Notes under the pieces: generated by a model
Seen by the model: only the letters and a program-made list of their open reading frames with translations
What the model was told of the DNA's origin: nothing
Databases searched by the model: none
Made by a program: the position numbers and the translations under genes
Shown: piece after piece, positions 50,730 through 63,244 of the stretch
Layout of the letters: every line of letters starts with the position of its first letter
How positions within the stretch are numbered: position 1 is the stretch's first letter
Source of the DNA: Heptranchias perlo
Lineage: Eukaryota
Direction: 5' to 3'
Length of the DNA stretch: 64,000 bases
Assembly: GCF_035084215.1 (NCBI RefSeq)
Contig: NC_090326.1
Span: 82,274,001-82,338,000 of the forward strand

Positions 50730-51071
50730 AGTTTCCCGAGGGCCTGGGGAAATCACTCCTGCTCCTTCGGGCCCACAAACTGTGCCAGTTTCGGGCCTTC
50801 TCGCCTCCTTTCACGCGGCATGAAGGAAAAGGCCCGGGAATCCTGGCCCCCAAGGGTTGAAATTGCAAATTCTGCAAAAATGGAGGCCCGCAGCCTCCTT
50901 GAAAGGTTTTAGTCACCGGCCCGCTTCCTGAGAGCGGGTTGGTCGCCCGCCTCGGTGAAATCTGGAAATGGGCGGGTTGGAGGCTGGTTGTGGATGGGTC
51001 TGAAATGATTGCGATTTTGAATGCCCCTCCGTCCCCAACCCACCCGTTTTTCAATGTTAAAATCATGCCCC
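50730..51071. mobile_element. Partial Harbinger-type non-autonomous element
   Basis: Right end gttaaaatcatgcccc. ggagcaggagtg motif on the minus strand at ~50754-50765. Confidence 0.55.
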
Positions 51072-51163
51072 TGGTGGTAATCTCTGTGAATCTGCTGGAC
51101 AGATGGACAGGTGAGAGAAGTGAAAAATAGCACCATTTAAAACATTTTTCAGGTGAAGACATC

Positions 51164-51762
51164 AGGGAGAAATTGGTCCCCATCGCGCCCGATTTCTGGG
51201 CGCCAAATTGGTGGGACCAATTTCCAGGCACAATCTCCCACGCCTGATCCCCCCAGAAGTGCGTTCCTGCCAAATTGGCAGGCGCCGGCCTAAAACAGGC
51301 CCCTAGAACATGCTAATCAAGGGCCTAATGGGAAAAACACATGCTTCACTCAATTTTTCTGGGTCGACAGCAGTCCTTAAATAGAACGCTGCAGGCCACC
51401 AAATAACAGGTAAGTTTTAATTTTTTTAATTGACTTTAATGTGGATCCCGGAAAGGAGAAAATGCTTCTTTTGGCCCTACAGCAATATTGAGGATCGTTA
51501 TCGACCTGCACTCCCCCCCCGGCCACCTCCCACTCCCATTCGTTATCTATGGGCCAGCTCCACATTGGAGCCGGACGAATTTTCCAGAGCCTCAATTGGT
51601 GAGCTGCACTGAGACACCCGATTGGCATCTGCAGCTCATCGCTATTATGTGGATGAGGCCCGAGGCCCAGTTTCTAGCGAGACTCGAGCCTTCATCTTTG
51701 GGCACATGTTGCTGGCACGCCACCCACTGTGCATTGGTTTTAGAAGCAAGACAAATTTCCCA
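51164..51762. mobile_element. Non-autonomous Harbinger-type TIR element
   Basis: gggagaaattggtc / gacaaatttccc ends. Related to the 35030 element. Confidence 0.55.
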
Positions 51763-52525
51763 ACCGTCATCTGAAAGAGGTTTAAAAATATACCAACTCA
51801 CAAAAATTCAAATTGAAAAATTGAGAAAGAATTATGGTCTAAATCGACGATGGGCCCCAAAATGGGCCCCCGACATCATCTTACAACAGACATATTGTCA
51901 GTGGAGATAAATACTAAAATGCTTGAAATGTTTTTCTCTCAAACAGTGAGACTTTTCCATGTAGTTATCCCATTACAAATTCATAACCAATGGATTTAGA
52001 GACCAGAACCATCGTGTAAGAATAGTTAGAAAACAGCCGGATCCTACATTGTCAGTATTTATTACATTTAAACAGTCACTTACTTGATCATTTATCATAC
52101 AAATATTGAGAAAATCACATGATCAAAATTTCTAATTTTATAAAAGTATTCATAATTAGTATCACTGAAGTGATCAATTAACATTTAATATAAACCTCCT
52201 CCTTGGTAGCATAATTGTTCAATCAGTAAGAACGATAAATTATGTTTGTTTTTAATCCTTAAAAATATTAAAATTAGGCACAGTGAAATGCTTCATTTTT
52301 CATGTACATCCAACACAGTGCATATTGAAGGAGTTGAATGCTAGAAATCAAACTAGTTAACTTTGTTGTTTGATTCAGATCTTCACTAAGAAATTGATGT
52401 TTGATTTGCAATTTTTTTTTATGATTAACATTTTTTTTACATTTTTTACATTTTTTTTGTAAATTTTGTGCTTATCAATGTGTGGGATGTAGTGTCATGG
52501 AAAGGAACACTTGTGTAAGTTCTAT

Positions 52526-52817
52526 GGAGGTAATTTTAACTTTTATCGCTGGGTGAAAAATGCGTGATAGCGAATCGACCATCCGTTTTCCATTGGCCGA
52601 TTTTAAAAAAATTATTCGTTCATGGGATGTGGGCGTCGCTGGCAAGGCCAGCATTTATTGCCCATCCCTAATTGCCTTTGAGAAGGTGGTGGTGAGCCGC
52701 CTTCTTGAACCGCTGCAGTCTGTGTGGTGAAGGTTCTCCCACAGTGCTGTTAGGTAGGGAGTTCCAGGATTTTGACCCAGCGATGATTCCATACAATATA
52801 AACTTAAAATTACCCCC
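52526..52817. mobile_element. MITE (ggaggtaattttaa / ttaaaattaccccc) containing a minus-strand LINE 3' end (~52605-52785)
   Basis: TIRs visible. The insert is the reverse complement of 36715-36890. Confidence 0.75.
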
Positions 52818-53257
52818 ATATATGATTCTATGAAATTTGTCAGGAGTCACAACTGAGACCCTATCTGGTAATGTGTGTGCTTTTTATTAATTGTATTCAT
52901 TCATGTATAAAATTAATTAGATGTTAAACTTATGGGTATTCAAGATGTAAATGCAATACTAGCTTTCTTTATTCATAAAAAATTAAAAAAATTAACGGTA
53001 TACTATTAATTGAAAGATAAGGTTGAAATATCTATAGTATTTTACTTTCTAGACCCATGCAATATTAACATTCGATGGATATTGCATGTAGGTGCAAATA
53101 ATTAATGTTAAAGAATTGCGCACTTTATCAAAAAGGTTCATCTCTTAATCCTTGAAATGTTCATTTGATGTTTTACAAGTTTCTGTCTACTAGTCCATAG
53201 TTCGAGGTCATGGTTTCAGGACATGCAAATGAGTGATTCCTTGTACTCCAACCTCAC

Positions 53258-53391
53258 CTCACAAACGTTGAGCAATCCTGTTTCCTGCAACCTTGACCAG
53301 ATGCTCTGTATCCTCCCAGCATGCTCGGGGTGGTTGTTATAGTTACCACAGGTGCACTGGTGTTTAAGCATAATGGCGTCATAGACTACTC
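53258..53391 (-). CDS. HDAC9: HDAC9 exon, start of deacetylase domain ([45 protein letters not shown])
   Basis: Acceptor cgacag, donor gtgagg, 134 nt, phase 1 to 0. Contains the class IIa structural-zinc CxC...H motif and HPE. Confidence 0.95.
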
Positions 53392-54054
53392 CTGTCGTAA
53401 TACAATAGCAGAGGAACAAAGACAAGAAAAGTAGACTGTTTGAATCAAACATAGTGAGTCAGAAAGTATGCATGTTGCATAACAATAAAAAAGACCCAAC
53501 ATAAAAGGACAATTTATAGACTACAGAAGTGAAGATTCACCACTTTGCTGCAGTGGTAGTTAGAATTTTATTAAATTTATACATTTCTAGATTTTTAAAA
53601 AAATCATCTTTTCACATAATATTTAAATTTATGTTTCAAACAGCATTGTTTCTGCTGCTTTGAAGGATAAACAAAATTCTTCTAGGTCAATGGAATTTGA
53701 ATTACAATATTAGTAGAATGCAATAGATAAACTTGTCAGCGAAATAAATATGAATAAACTTCATATTCACAACTTCCAAGAAGGAAAACTAAAACAGAAA
53801 CTTACAACCCTGCAGCTGTTGCTACAGTAATATCCTCCACGATGAAGAAATCTGAACTAATGGATCTTGTGGAATTTTCAGTATCTTCTAGCAATATCAT
53901 CTTCAGAGCATTGTAACTAGTTACATTTTTCTGGTAACTATAATACGATAGTAAAGTACAAGGTAGTTATCCATTAGTACTTTTTGGTAGGATGTGTCTA
54001 AGAATGAGCATTTAAATCAATTCTGAGTTCAGAATTGAACCACCTCAAATATTG

Positions 54055-54242
54055 TTTTTTTTATTCATTCATGGGATGTGGGCACTGCTGGCAGGGCCAG
54101 CAATAATTGTCCATCCCTAATTGCCCTTGAGAAGGTGGTGGTGAGCCGCCTTCTTGAACCTCTGCACTCCGTGTGGTGAAGGTTCTCCTACAGTGCTGTT
54201 AGGTAGGGAGTTCCAGGATTTTGACTCAGCGACGATGAAGGA
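54055..54242 (-). mobile_element. 3' end of A-tailed CR1/L2-group LINE
   Basis: Reverse complement of 36705-36890. Confidence 0.85.
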
Positions 54243-57062
54243 CTGCATGTACATACAGAAGAAAATAGGTGCAAAAAAAATCAAGAAGTGGGTGAGGTTG
54301 ATAGAGAGAGCTTCAGATATTTTCTACATTCCAGAATGTCAAGGGAATACATATGTCAGCTGCATAGGCCTGCTTTATTACCATGGAAACAGAAGCCTCA
54401 AATAGATAGGCTACTCGACCAACAGGAAAAGGTTACATTGATTCAACAGAGCCACCTTGGAGACATATCCATGGGCTACCATATACATCAGATAAACCAG
54501 ATGGATTGCATAGAAATATTGATACAAAATTAAAATATATTTACAAAAACACATACCTTTCAGGTAATCTCTTTCAACCACTGAAGCCAGATGCAAACAG
54601 AACATGCAAATATTTGGCTTGATAAATCCAAAATGGCAGTGCACTTACGCAGAATGGACAAAAAGAACAAAGTCTTCCATTGCACACACAAACCTCATTA
54701 TTTATTTATTAAAAGGAACAAGCAAACCTAAAAATAATTGAATTTAAAATTATATTCAGAGTTCATCCATACTGGAAATCAAAGGTTCCAGCAAAAACAA
54801 GATAACTGGCTATCAACAGTAACAGTTGTACTCCTCAATCATTGAGCTCCAAATGTCATCCATCTTCTTACCGTGGTCTACATTCATAACTAAACTCTTT
54901 TGCATTTTACCCCATTGGGTTCCTGTACTAATTTTTCTTTACAAATCTGTACCACGCTGATTAGTTTATCTTAAACTCAAACTACAGTGGGCCCAATTTC
55001 TTTGGTCTGTTCAGCTAAAGAAAATTTATCCATTTAATTTCTGTTTCTATGTCTTTATATTCACTTAACTTTGTTTTTATTAGCCTTCCAATTCTCCCAA
55101 GGTACTTGTAACTATACCAGCACCTCAAATGTTCCCATCTTGTGGGGCTTTCTGCAGGGTGACTGAACTTTTATCAGATCTTAAATGAAGCTAACATCAT
55201 TTTTATTGTTCATGTAGTTTTAACAGGATTTGCTCACATGTAAGAATTATGTATCTTAAATAAGGTTCCTGTTGTGTTTGGGATGGATTGTTTCATGATG
55301 GTTGAGGTGAATGACTTTATTAGTTAAACTGAGTTCCTACTAACAAAGATTTTACTGATATGCTAAAACACAGTTTTCTGTAATTTGTCAGCAATTAGTC
55401 ATTTGTAGCATGTTTGCAGAAAAGTTCACCAACCGGCAGGAAAGTCAGAGAAAGCTGCAATTTAACAGATCGGGAAAAGCTTTGTGAACATGGCCCTAAG
55501 GTGATGCCTGTTATCCTGTAGGGCCTCCCTGATATGCTGCAGCTTCTTCTTCACCATGACAGCCTTGTCTCCCATGAATAGAAAGGGCTCTGTCTACCAG
55601 TGATCTGATGACCCCACTGTCTACTGAATGATTGGGCAGGATAGGTGAATGTGAATGACTGTCAGTGCCTTAATGCACACCCAATGTGAGAGAGCTATTT
55701 TCCTTACTTGTAATTGTGACTTAACAGAGCTACCTCGTTCTACGGCCAAGTTAATAGAGGGATAAATGCTATTAAGAAATGTTTTAAGTTGCTCTTGTTT
55801 TGAGGCTACTCCACATAACTAAGCCAAAAAGAGAGGGGGAAAGATGGTTTGAAGTACCCTTTTCTCTGAGGTTTTTCCATAAAAATGCTGGGCATAATGG
55901 GAGTCAGGAAGCAGCCCATAGTTGTGTCTTCAACCTGTCTAATGTACAACCTCCGTCAGATAAAATAATTGCTGCCCAGGTTCAAATTCACTAGGGTCAT
56001 TACATAATTCAGGTGCAGACTTTTCATTTTGTTGAGGGATGCAAAGTTTTCTTAGGAGGATGTCCAGTTGGCCCTAATGTGAACAGAGACTCATTAAACT
56101 ATGGATCAGTTGCAAGTCCAATGTAATTTGGCTTACACTTTTCACAAAGTCGACTGAATGCTCACAATTCCTACCAGAGGATGGGCATGAACTGGTCCAG
56201 CTAAGGGATCAGCAGAAGAGTTTATGGCACAACACCATTTTAGTAAATCCGTAAAATTATTATATATGTTCTAAGAAACAAAACAGTGCAACACTTGACA
56301 GACACACACCATAGTATTACTTTAAAATAATTTTACAAAATTTTCAAAACTCAAGTTACCTTTAAAATGATTACAGTGCAATTTGAACACTGTTTTAAAG
56401 ATTGTGGGAATAACACAGAAACAAATAAAAAAATACATGTTTTAATGATTTAAATTTTTATTAACTTTTCAGCACATCAGTACATTTTAATGGAATTCTT
56501 ACGACTTCTGCAGCAAAGTGGCTAAAATATACATCACTTATACTTAGAACGCTAAAGCTAGCAGCCAATAGCTGTAATTAAAAAAACATTAAAACATCAC
56601 ATTTTAAAATAATACAACCTTTTATTTTAAAGTTCGACAGGTGTCTAAAAGAATTGTGAATAAATGCAATTGTTAGTTTTGGTTTACTCATCTGATGAAA
56701 TATGCTGTGCTTCAAATTCCTGGGGCACAATTTAATATGTCTGCCCTCTTCTTCACATCTGCCCCCCACCCCCTGCCCACCACCGCACCCCCCCAACACA
56801 CACACACCCTGCCAGCAAGTTAGCATTGGTACAAGAATTCAGATATAAATATACATTAGAAATGAAAAAAAAATACGCAAATAGTGGAAATGTGGAACTG
56901 TTGGAATTACATAGCAGGTCTATAAGCATCTGTAAACAGAAAGGTTAGAAGTCGAAAGGTCTCTATCTGAAAACGTTAACCTGTATTGTCTCATTCCAGA
57001 TGCTAATTGGACTTGCTGTTTAGTTCCAGCATTTTCTGTTGATATTTTAGGTATATATACAT

Positions 57063-57251
57063 GGGGGTAGAATTTCCACCTGAGTACCCAGACCTCCCAC
57101 TGTAACTTGGGCAGAAGATTTACAGAGACTCCAGAGAAGCAGCGTAATTGGCCATTTTTCAACCACATGTGCCATTTCTGCAGGGTCTCTGCTGATCTTC
57201 TACTGGAGTTTTGGCGGGAGATCGGGGATGCCACCTTGGAAACTCTACCCC
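57063..57251. mobile_element. Palindromic MITE
   Basis: ggggtagaatttcca / tggaaactctacccc. Internal symmetry (ctccc/gggag, agaagat/atcttct, cagagac/gtctctg). Confidence 0.75.
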
Positions 57252-57644
57252 AAGTTTTCCAAAGTAGCATACCAGCACTAAAAAGTGCATGTCCCAGTGT
57301 TAACTACAACTGAAATGAAATCATTGACAGCACACAAGCAGCAACAGGGGGGCAGGCAATACCTCATGGACTAAGTTATTAAAGCTGGCACAATTTCCAA
57401 AACATTTTCTTATTTTAGACCTGATCATAAATTCAGGAAAACAAAATAAAGCTGGATGATGTAGTCCTCTCTCAAATTTAAAAGCATTTTTTGCTATTTA
57501 AAGACCATAAAAAGCAAAAGTCTATAAGAACAGAGGCAGGCCTCTCAATGTGATCTTTCCTCTTCTGTACAGTGAATAGGACGTTCAGCCATAACATTAT
57601 GTCCAATTTATCACTTACATCGCATTTATGTGAGCGCTACATTG

Positions 57645-59744
57645 GTCCAATAGGATACAGAATTGGTTTATACCCCTGAGGGGCAAGAACTCTACTTGCC
57701 AAAAAAAACAGTCATGGACAACTAAAGAGGTAAGGGACAGTATAAGACGTAAGGAAAGGGCATACAAAAAGGCAAAAAATGGCACAGATCCTGGTGAATG
57801 GGAAAGATACAAAGATCAACAAAGGGTCATAAAACAGATAGTAAGAACTACAAAAAGAGAGTATGAAAAGAAACTTGCAAGGGATATCAAAACCAATACG
57901 AAGAACTTTTATAATTATATTAGCAAAAAGAGGGTGGTCAGGACCAGTGTTGGCCCCTTAAAAACTGAAAGTGGGGATATTGTCATTGACAATGGGGAAA
58001 TGGCAGACATGTTGAACAATTACTTTGCGTCAGTATTTACAGTAGAAAAAGAGGATAGCATGCCGGAAATCTCAAGAAAACTAACATTGAATCGGGAAGA
58101 GGGACTCGATAAAATTAACATAAGTAAAGCAACAGTAATGAAGAAAATAATAGCACTAAAGAGTAACAAATCCCCAGGACCAGATGGTTTCCATCACAGG
58201 GTTTTAAAGGAAGTAGGTGAGCACATTGCGGATGCCCTAACTATAACCTTTCAAAGTTCTCTAGATTCAGGAACTGTCCCTCTAGATTGGAAAATTGCAC
58301 ATGTCACTCCGCTTTTTAAGAAAGGCGAGAGAGGGAAACCAGGGAATTATAGACCAGTTAGCCTAACATCTGTTGTGGGGAAAATGCTGGAGTCTATAAT
58401 TAAGGATAGGGTGACTGAACACCTCGAGAATTTTCAGTTAATCAGAGAGAGCCAGCATGGATTTGTGAAAGGTAGGTCGTGCCTGACAAACCTGATTGAA
58501 TTTTTTGAAGAGGTGACTAAAGTAGTGGTCAGGGGAATGTCAATGGATGTTATTTATATGGACTTCCAGAAGGCATTTGATAAGGTCCCACATAAGAGAC
58601 TGTTAGCTAAGATAGAAGCCCATGGAATCGAGGGAAAAGTACGGACTTGGTTAGGAAGTTGGCTGAGTGAAAGGCGACAGAGAGTAGGGATAATGGGTAG
58701 GTACTCACATTGGCAGGATGTGATTAGTGGAGTCCCGCAGGGATCTGTCTTGGGGCCTCAATTATTCACAATATTTATTAACGACTTAGATGAAGGCATA
58801 GAAAGCCTCATATCTAAGTTTGCCGATGACACAAAGATTGGTGGCATTGTAAGCAGTGTAGATGAAAACATAAAATTACAAAGCGATATTGATAGATTAG
58901 GTGAATGGGCAAAACTGTGCCAATGGAATTCAATGTAAACAAATGTGAGGTCATCCACTTTGGATCAAAAATGGATAGAACAGGGTACTTTCTAAATGGT
59001 AAAAAGTTAAAAACAATGGATGTCCAAAGGGACTTAGGGGTTCAAGTACATGGATCATTGAAGTGTCGTGAACAGGTGCAGAAAATAATCAAGAAGGCTA
59101 ATGGAATGTTGGCCTTTATATCTAGAGGACTAGAGTACAAGGGGGCAGAAGTTATGCTGCAGCTATACAAAATCCTGGTTAGACTGCAGCTGGAATACTG
59201 TGAGAAGTTCTGGGCACCGCACCTTCGGAAGGACATATTGGCCTTGGAGGGAGTGCAGCGTAGGTTTACTAGAATGATACCCGGACTTCAAGGGTTAAGT
59301 TACAAGGAGAGATTACACAAATTGGGGTTGTATTCTCTAGAGTTTAGAAGGTTAAGGGGTGATCTGATCGAAGTTTATAAGATATTAAGGGGAACAGATA
59401 GGGTGGATAGAGAGAAACTATTTCTGCTGGTTGGGGATTTTAGGAGTAGGGGGCACAGTCTAACAATTAGAGCCAGACCTTTCAGGAGCGAGATTAGAAA
59501 ACATTTCTACACACAAAGGGTTGTAGAAGTTTGGAACTCTCTTCCGCAAACAGCAATTGATACTAGCTCAACTGCTAAATTTAAATCTGAGATAGATAGC
59601 TTTTTGGCAACCAAAGGTATTAAGGGATATGGGCCAAAGGCAGGTATATGGAGTTAGATCACAGATCAGCCATGATCTTATCAAATGGCGGAGCAGGCAC
59701 GAGGGGCTGAATGGCCTACTCCTGTTCCTATGTTCCTATGTTCC
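57645..59744 (+). mobile_element. CR1 LINE, 5'-truncated, near-intact RT (one frameshift near 58920)
   Basis: KSPGPDG, NYRPVSLTSVVGK, QHGFVKGRSCLTNL, DFQKAFDKVPH, GVPQGSVLGP, FADD and (cctatgtt)n tail. Confidence 0.93.
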
Positions 59745-60808
59745 AACATAATGTTCTGCAGCACACAAATTCCATGTAACCCAATGATAGACTGAATTTC
59801 CATAACAGCTCAACACAACTTTTAGTAGTGATGGAACAGTACAGTGCTGCAGCAAAATGTTAAATCGCACCCTGTGAGTCATATAAGATTGAAAACAATA
59901 AAAAGGTGAGGTGCAGTTTTTGTTCAGTCAGTTTAGAAAATAGGCAAATTAAATAAGCTTTTGAGGACAGTACTCCAAAATCAAATGTAGAGCAAAATTA
60001 CAACTTACTGTTTATTCTCTGAATACATAATTATGTATTTCCTACTGATTCTGTACATTTCTCTACCTGTACTTTTGAACATTAATTACTGGAAGTTTAC
60101 AGAGAATAATTTCTGCCGTATTAAATACAACAGAAGTGGATCTACAAAGATAGAAAGGCCAATTCTTAAAAGTAACATACCCTTTCTAAAAAAAAGACAA
60201 ATTCCCAACAGCAAAAATACTGCAGAATTGATGGATTTTCTCATTAAATCACAACAGCAATAGTTGATATTGTTTGAGTTACTTTGAAATTATCCTTCAA
60301 TTTATTTACATTTTTACTGAGTGTGAACCTCTTTAATCTTCCAAAATAACATGAAATCAAATCACGTGTCTTTTTCTCTCCCCATCTGTGCTGAAAGATT
60401 TGTCAGTTTAATTTGAGTTATGATTCTCTCAGGGACTATTGGTTGATAATGTGAGCTAGAAAGTTTACTACTACAATTTTGTCAATATACAGAACCTGCA
60501 CATTCAGACACAACATCCAGTAGTAGTAGTTTGACAGAATGAGTTCCAGGCTTTTTTAATTTGAAATAGGTTGTGAGCGCACAGGTGAGATTAAAAAAAG
60601 AGTATGGACCAAATTAATGCCGACTGGTCAGTTTACCACTGATTTTGAATAATTGACGATTTGAGTGACATCAAACAGTAAATAAAACAAATAATAACAG
60701 AAGTATAACAAAAGTGCAATTTGTGTTATTTACAGCATTGGAATCTGTTGAGCTCCTAAGAATACTGAATTTAGAGCGCCTATTAAAGAATTCCTTTGGG
60801 ACTCCTAC

Positions 60809-60986
60809 CAGTGGTATAGACGTGCCTGATGGGATGGTCCGTAGAAGGATGTGGTAATGTGGAAGCAGCAGGGGAGGACTGTGTCCTGGAAACAGGCCTG
60901 TGTTTGTCTAATCCTGTCATGCCAACCATAGCCGTCTGAGCTTGGTACACTCGAAGTTGGTGGATGCGCTGATGATCCAGGAGCTG
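60809..60986 (-). CDS. HDAC9: HDAC9 coding exon (first in window; 14-3-3 site region, QLLDHQRIHQLRVYQAQTAMVGMTGLDKHRPVSRTQSSPAASTLPHPSTDHPIRHVYTT/G)
   Basis: Manual translation. Acceptor ...taacag, donor gtagga, 178 nt, phase 0 to 1. GMxGLxKHRxVSRTxSSPAASxLPHP resembles HDAC9. Confidence 0.9.
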
Positions 60987-62616
60987 CTGTTACCATAGAA
61001 ACAACACAGTAGGAAGAAATGTGAGAGGGATCAAATAAGACACTTGGAGAAACATGTCAACAAATTAAGTTCATTAGGTCAGAACCATAATAAACACTGT
61101 GAAGACCTGAGGCCTAGTCAATAAATCCCTTCAACAGATGTTCTCACACTGTCAGTCACTATGACCAATTAGTATGAGAATCTTCTTGGTATCATCAATT
61201 ATTTTCTGAGACAGTATTCTTTATATGAAATATGTGACAGCTGTGTGACAAGTTCATTATATAAAATAATAAAGAGCAAAATTCAGATATTATTTTACAA
61301 AAATATCAAAATTAAAAAATGTAACATTATGGCACTGTGGATGTCATTTTATAATCCAATGGGTGTGATAACACCTTGAAATTGGAAACTTCTTTAATGA
61401 TGCAGGACATTTATGTATTGCTATTGGATAGTATTTAGTCTAAGCATTTCAGTTTTTTCCACTATGAACTCTTCTGGTGCTCAGTTTATACAATCAGGTA
61501 ATCTTGATCTTGTGATGCCTTGTCCTCCCAATCACAGAGCCAGAAGTAGTATAAAGGACTAATGTAAGCTGAAATTGGAAATAGATTTATACAAGAGAGA
61601 TATCGTATCTTGGAGTAGAATGCAGTGGGAGAGGGAAACTAAACACTATATGCTAGCACAAGCTTTAAGTGTATTGCGTTATTAGAATGCTTCACAGCCA
61701 TTTAAAGCTTTTTAGTGCATATTTAACATTAATTTTAAAATTTCTTATGTACAACAATTCATTTACCAATTTAAGAATACACTTCATTATGTGCAAGTGC
61801 CAAGAGTGTATAATTTAGAGCATTGCATACATCCCATTAAATAAAAATTACAGTAAGTAATTTTCTTTGACATATGCTTTAACTTATATAGTCAGCACTC
61901 AAACTGTTGAGTATGTTAAAGCTGGTACAATATTTACTATAAGATTCAATTTGCAAAAAATAATGGAATTAGATGATTGCTTATTCCAAGATGGCTGCAC
62001 TCCTCGTTTACAAATTTCATGAGTCAGATCTCCAGAGCATGTGGTTAAGTTAAATCAGTAACAGCTTTTAATGGCAATTAAATTGCATGTTATCCTGTAA
62101 ATTGTTATAAACATAATATTATATAAAGCATATTGCAACAACAGAAATGAATTCCTGAGGTTACTGTGAAAATCCAATAACTCTTGCACACTTTAGTCAG
62201 GAGTCAGTTTTACTGCTCTGTCACACATTATTACATTGTCAAAGAGAGCAGTAATAAGGAAAGGATCTTGGCTTCCAAGATGGTGCCCAGTTCCAATGCG
62301 TTTCTATTAGTTGCTGCCCTAGTTCACCTAAGGTGACATTACATTAGCATTCCCCCATCTGAACTGTGATAACACTGCTTGCTTTGCAGTACGTACTACA
62401 TTTTTCAGAATTAAGAACAATTTGTGCAGTATTGAAACAAATGAATTTCTTATACCAGGTATGCTATTAATCAAAAGTCAAGAGCGACTCACTGTATCAT
62501 GACACATCTGCACAAACAACAATTTAAAGTAAATCCACAGCCTAAACGGCTATTAGAACACCTAAAATGCCAGAAAGCCATAATGTTCAGCTTCGCCAGT
62601 TTAAAAGAATTATGAC

Positions 62617-62950
62617 TGTGGCCCTGGTGTCTCAGTGAGTCGATGTCCCATGTTATGTGGTACTGATACTGAGCCAAATAGACCAGGAAGGCCCAGGTGT
62701 CATCCTTAGTCTGTGCTGAGGTAACTGATCTCAGCTGGGGTGCGACGACTGAACTCAGCACCCCTGGATTAATGAGAAAAAAAATCATCCAGGGTTCCCA
62801 CTTTCAGAACACATGTCTCTTTCTCATCAAAAAGCATTTATAAATTCAATAATATTTAAAGCGTTATTAAATCTCACAAAAAAGATTGATTGTTAGTCAC
62901 TGGAAAGTATACGTGTGTGAGGATAGGACTGGGGTCAACTGTGATGTAAT
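62617..62950 (+). mobile_element. Decayed tRNA-derived SINE
   Basis: Head gtgtctcagtg...ggaaggcccaggt..atcc...ctgatctcagctgggg. Matches 47000-47322. Confidence 0.5.
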
Positions 62951-63131
62951 AAAAGAACAACCAACAATCACAATCATAATTTTAAAGGTCTGACATTAAT
63001 GTTACAGACAGTTATCGGGTGGTATTATATGCTTCAAATATGCTCCAGCTATCACAAACTTTATGTGGTTCTTACAAACCTTGTAAATAAACACCAATAG
63101 TAATATTAAATTCCTATGTATTGAAACACAT

Positions 63132-63244
63132 GGGGTAAATTTAATTTTTGACTTCATTGGAAAGGAAAATTAGCCAGGGTATATAATGGGCAGCCAATCT
63201 GATATCGCCTGTTTTATAACATTGCCCAGAGTTAAAATTACGGC
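63132..63244. mobile_element. Short MITE with CAT target duplication
   Basis: CAT|ggggtaaatttaa ... ttaaaattacggc|CAT. Interior related to 47506-47673. Confidence 0.6.

Noticed and set aside
50728-51910. 181-aa and 140-aa ORFs
   Set aside because: They run across GC-rich non-autonomous elements, so they are likely chance ORFs.
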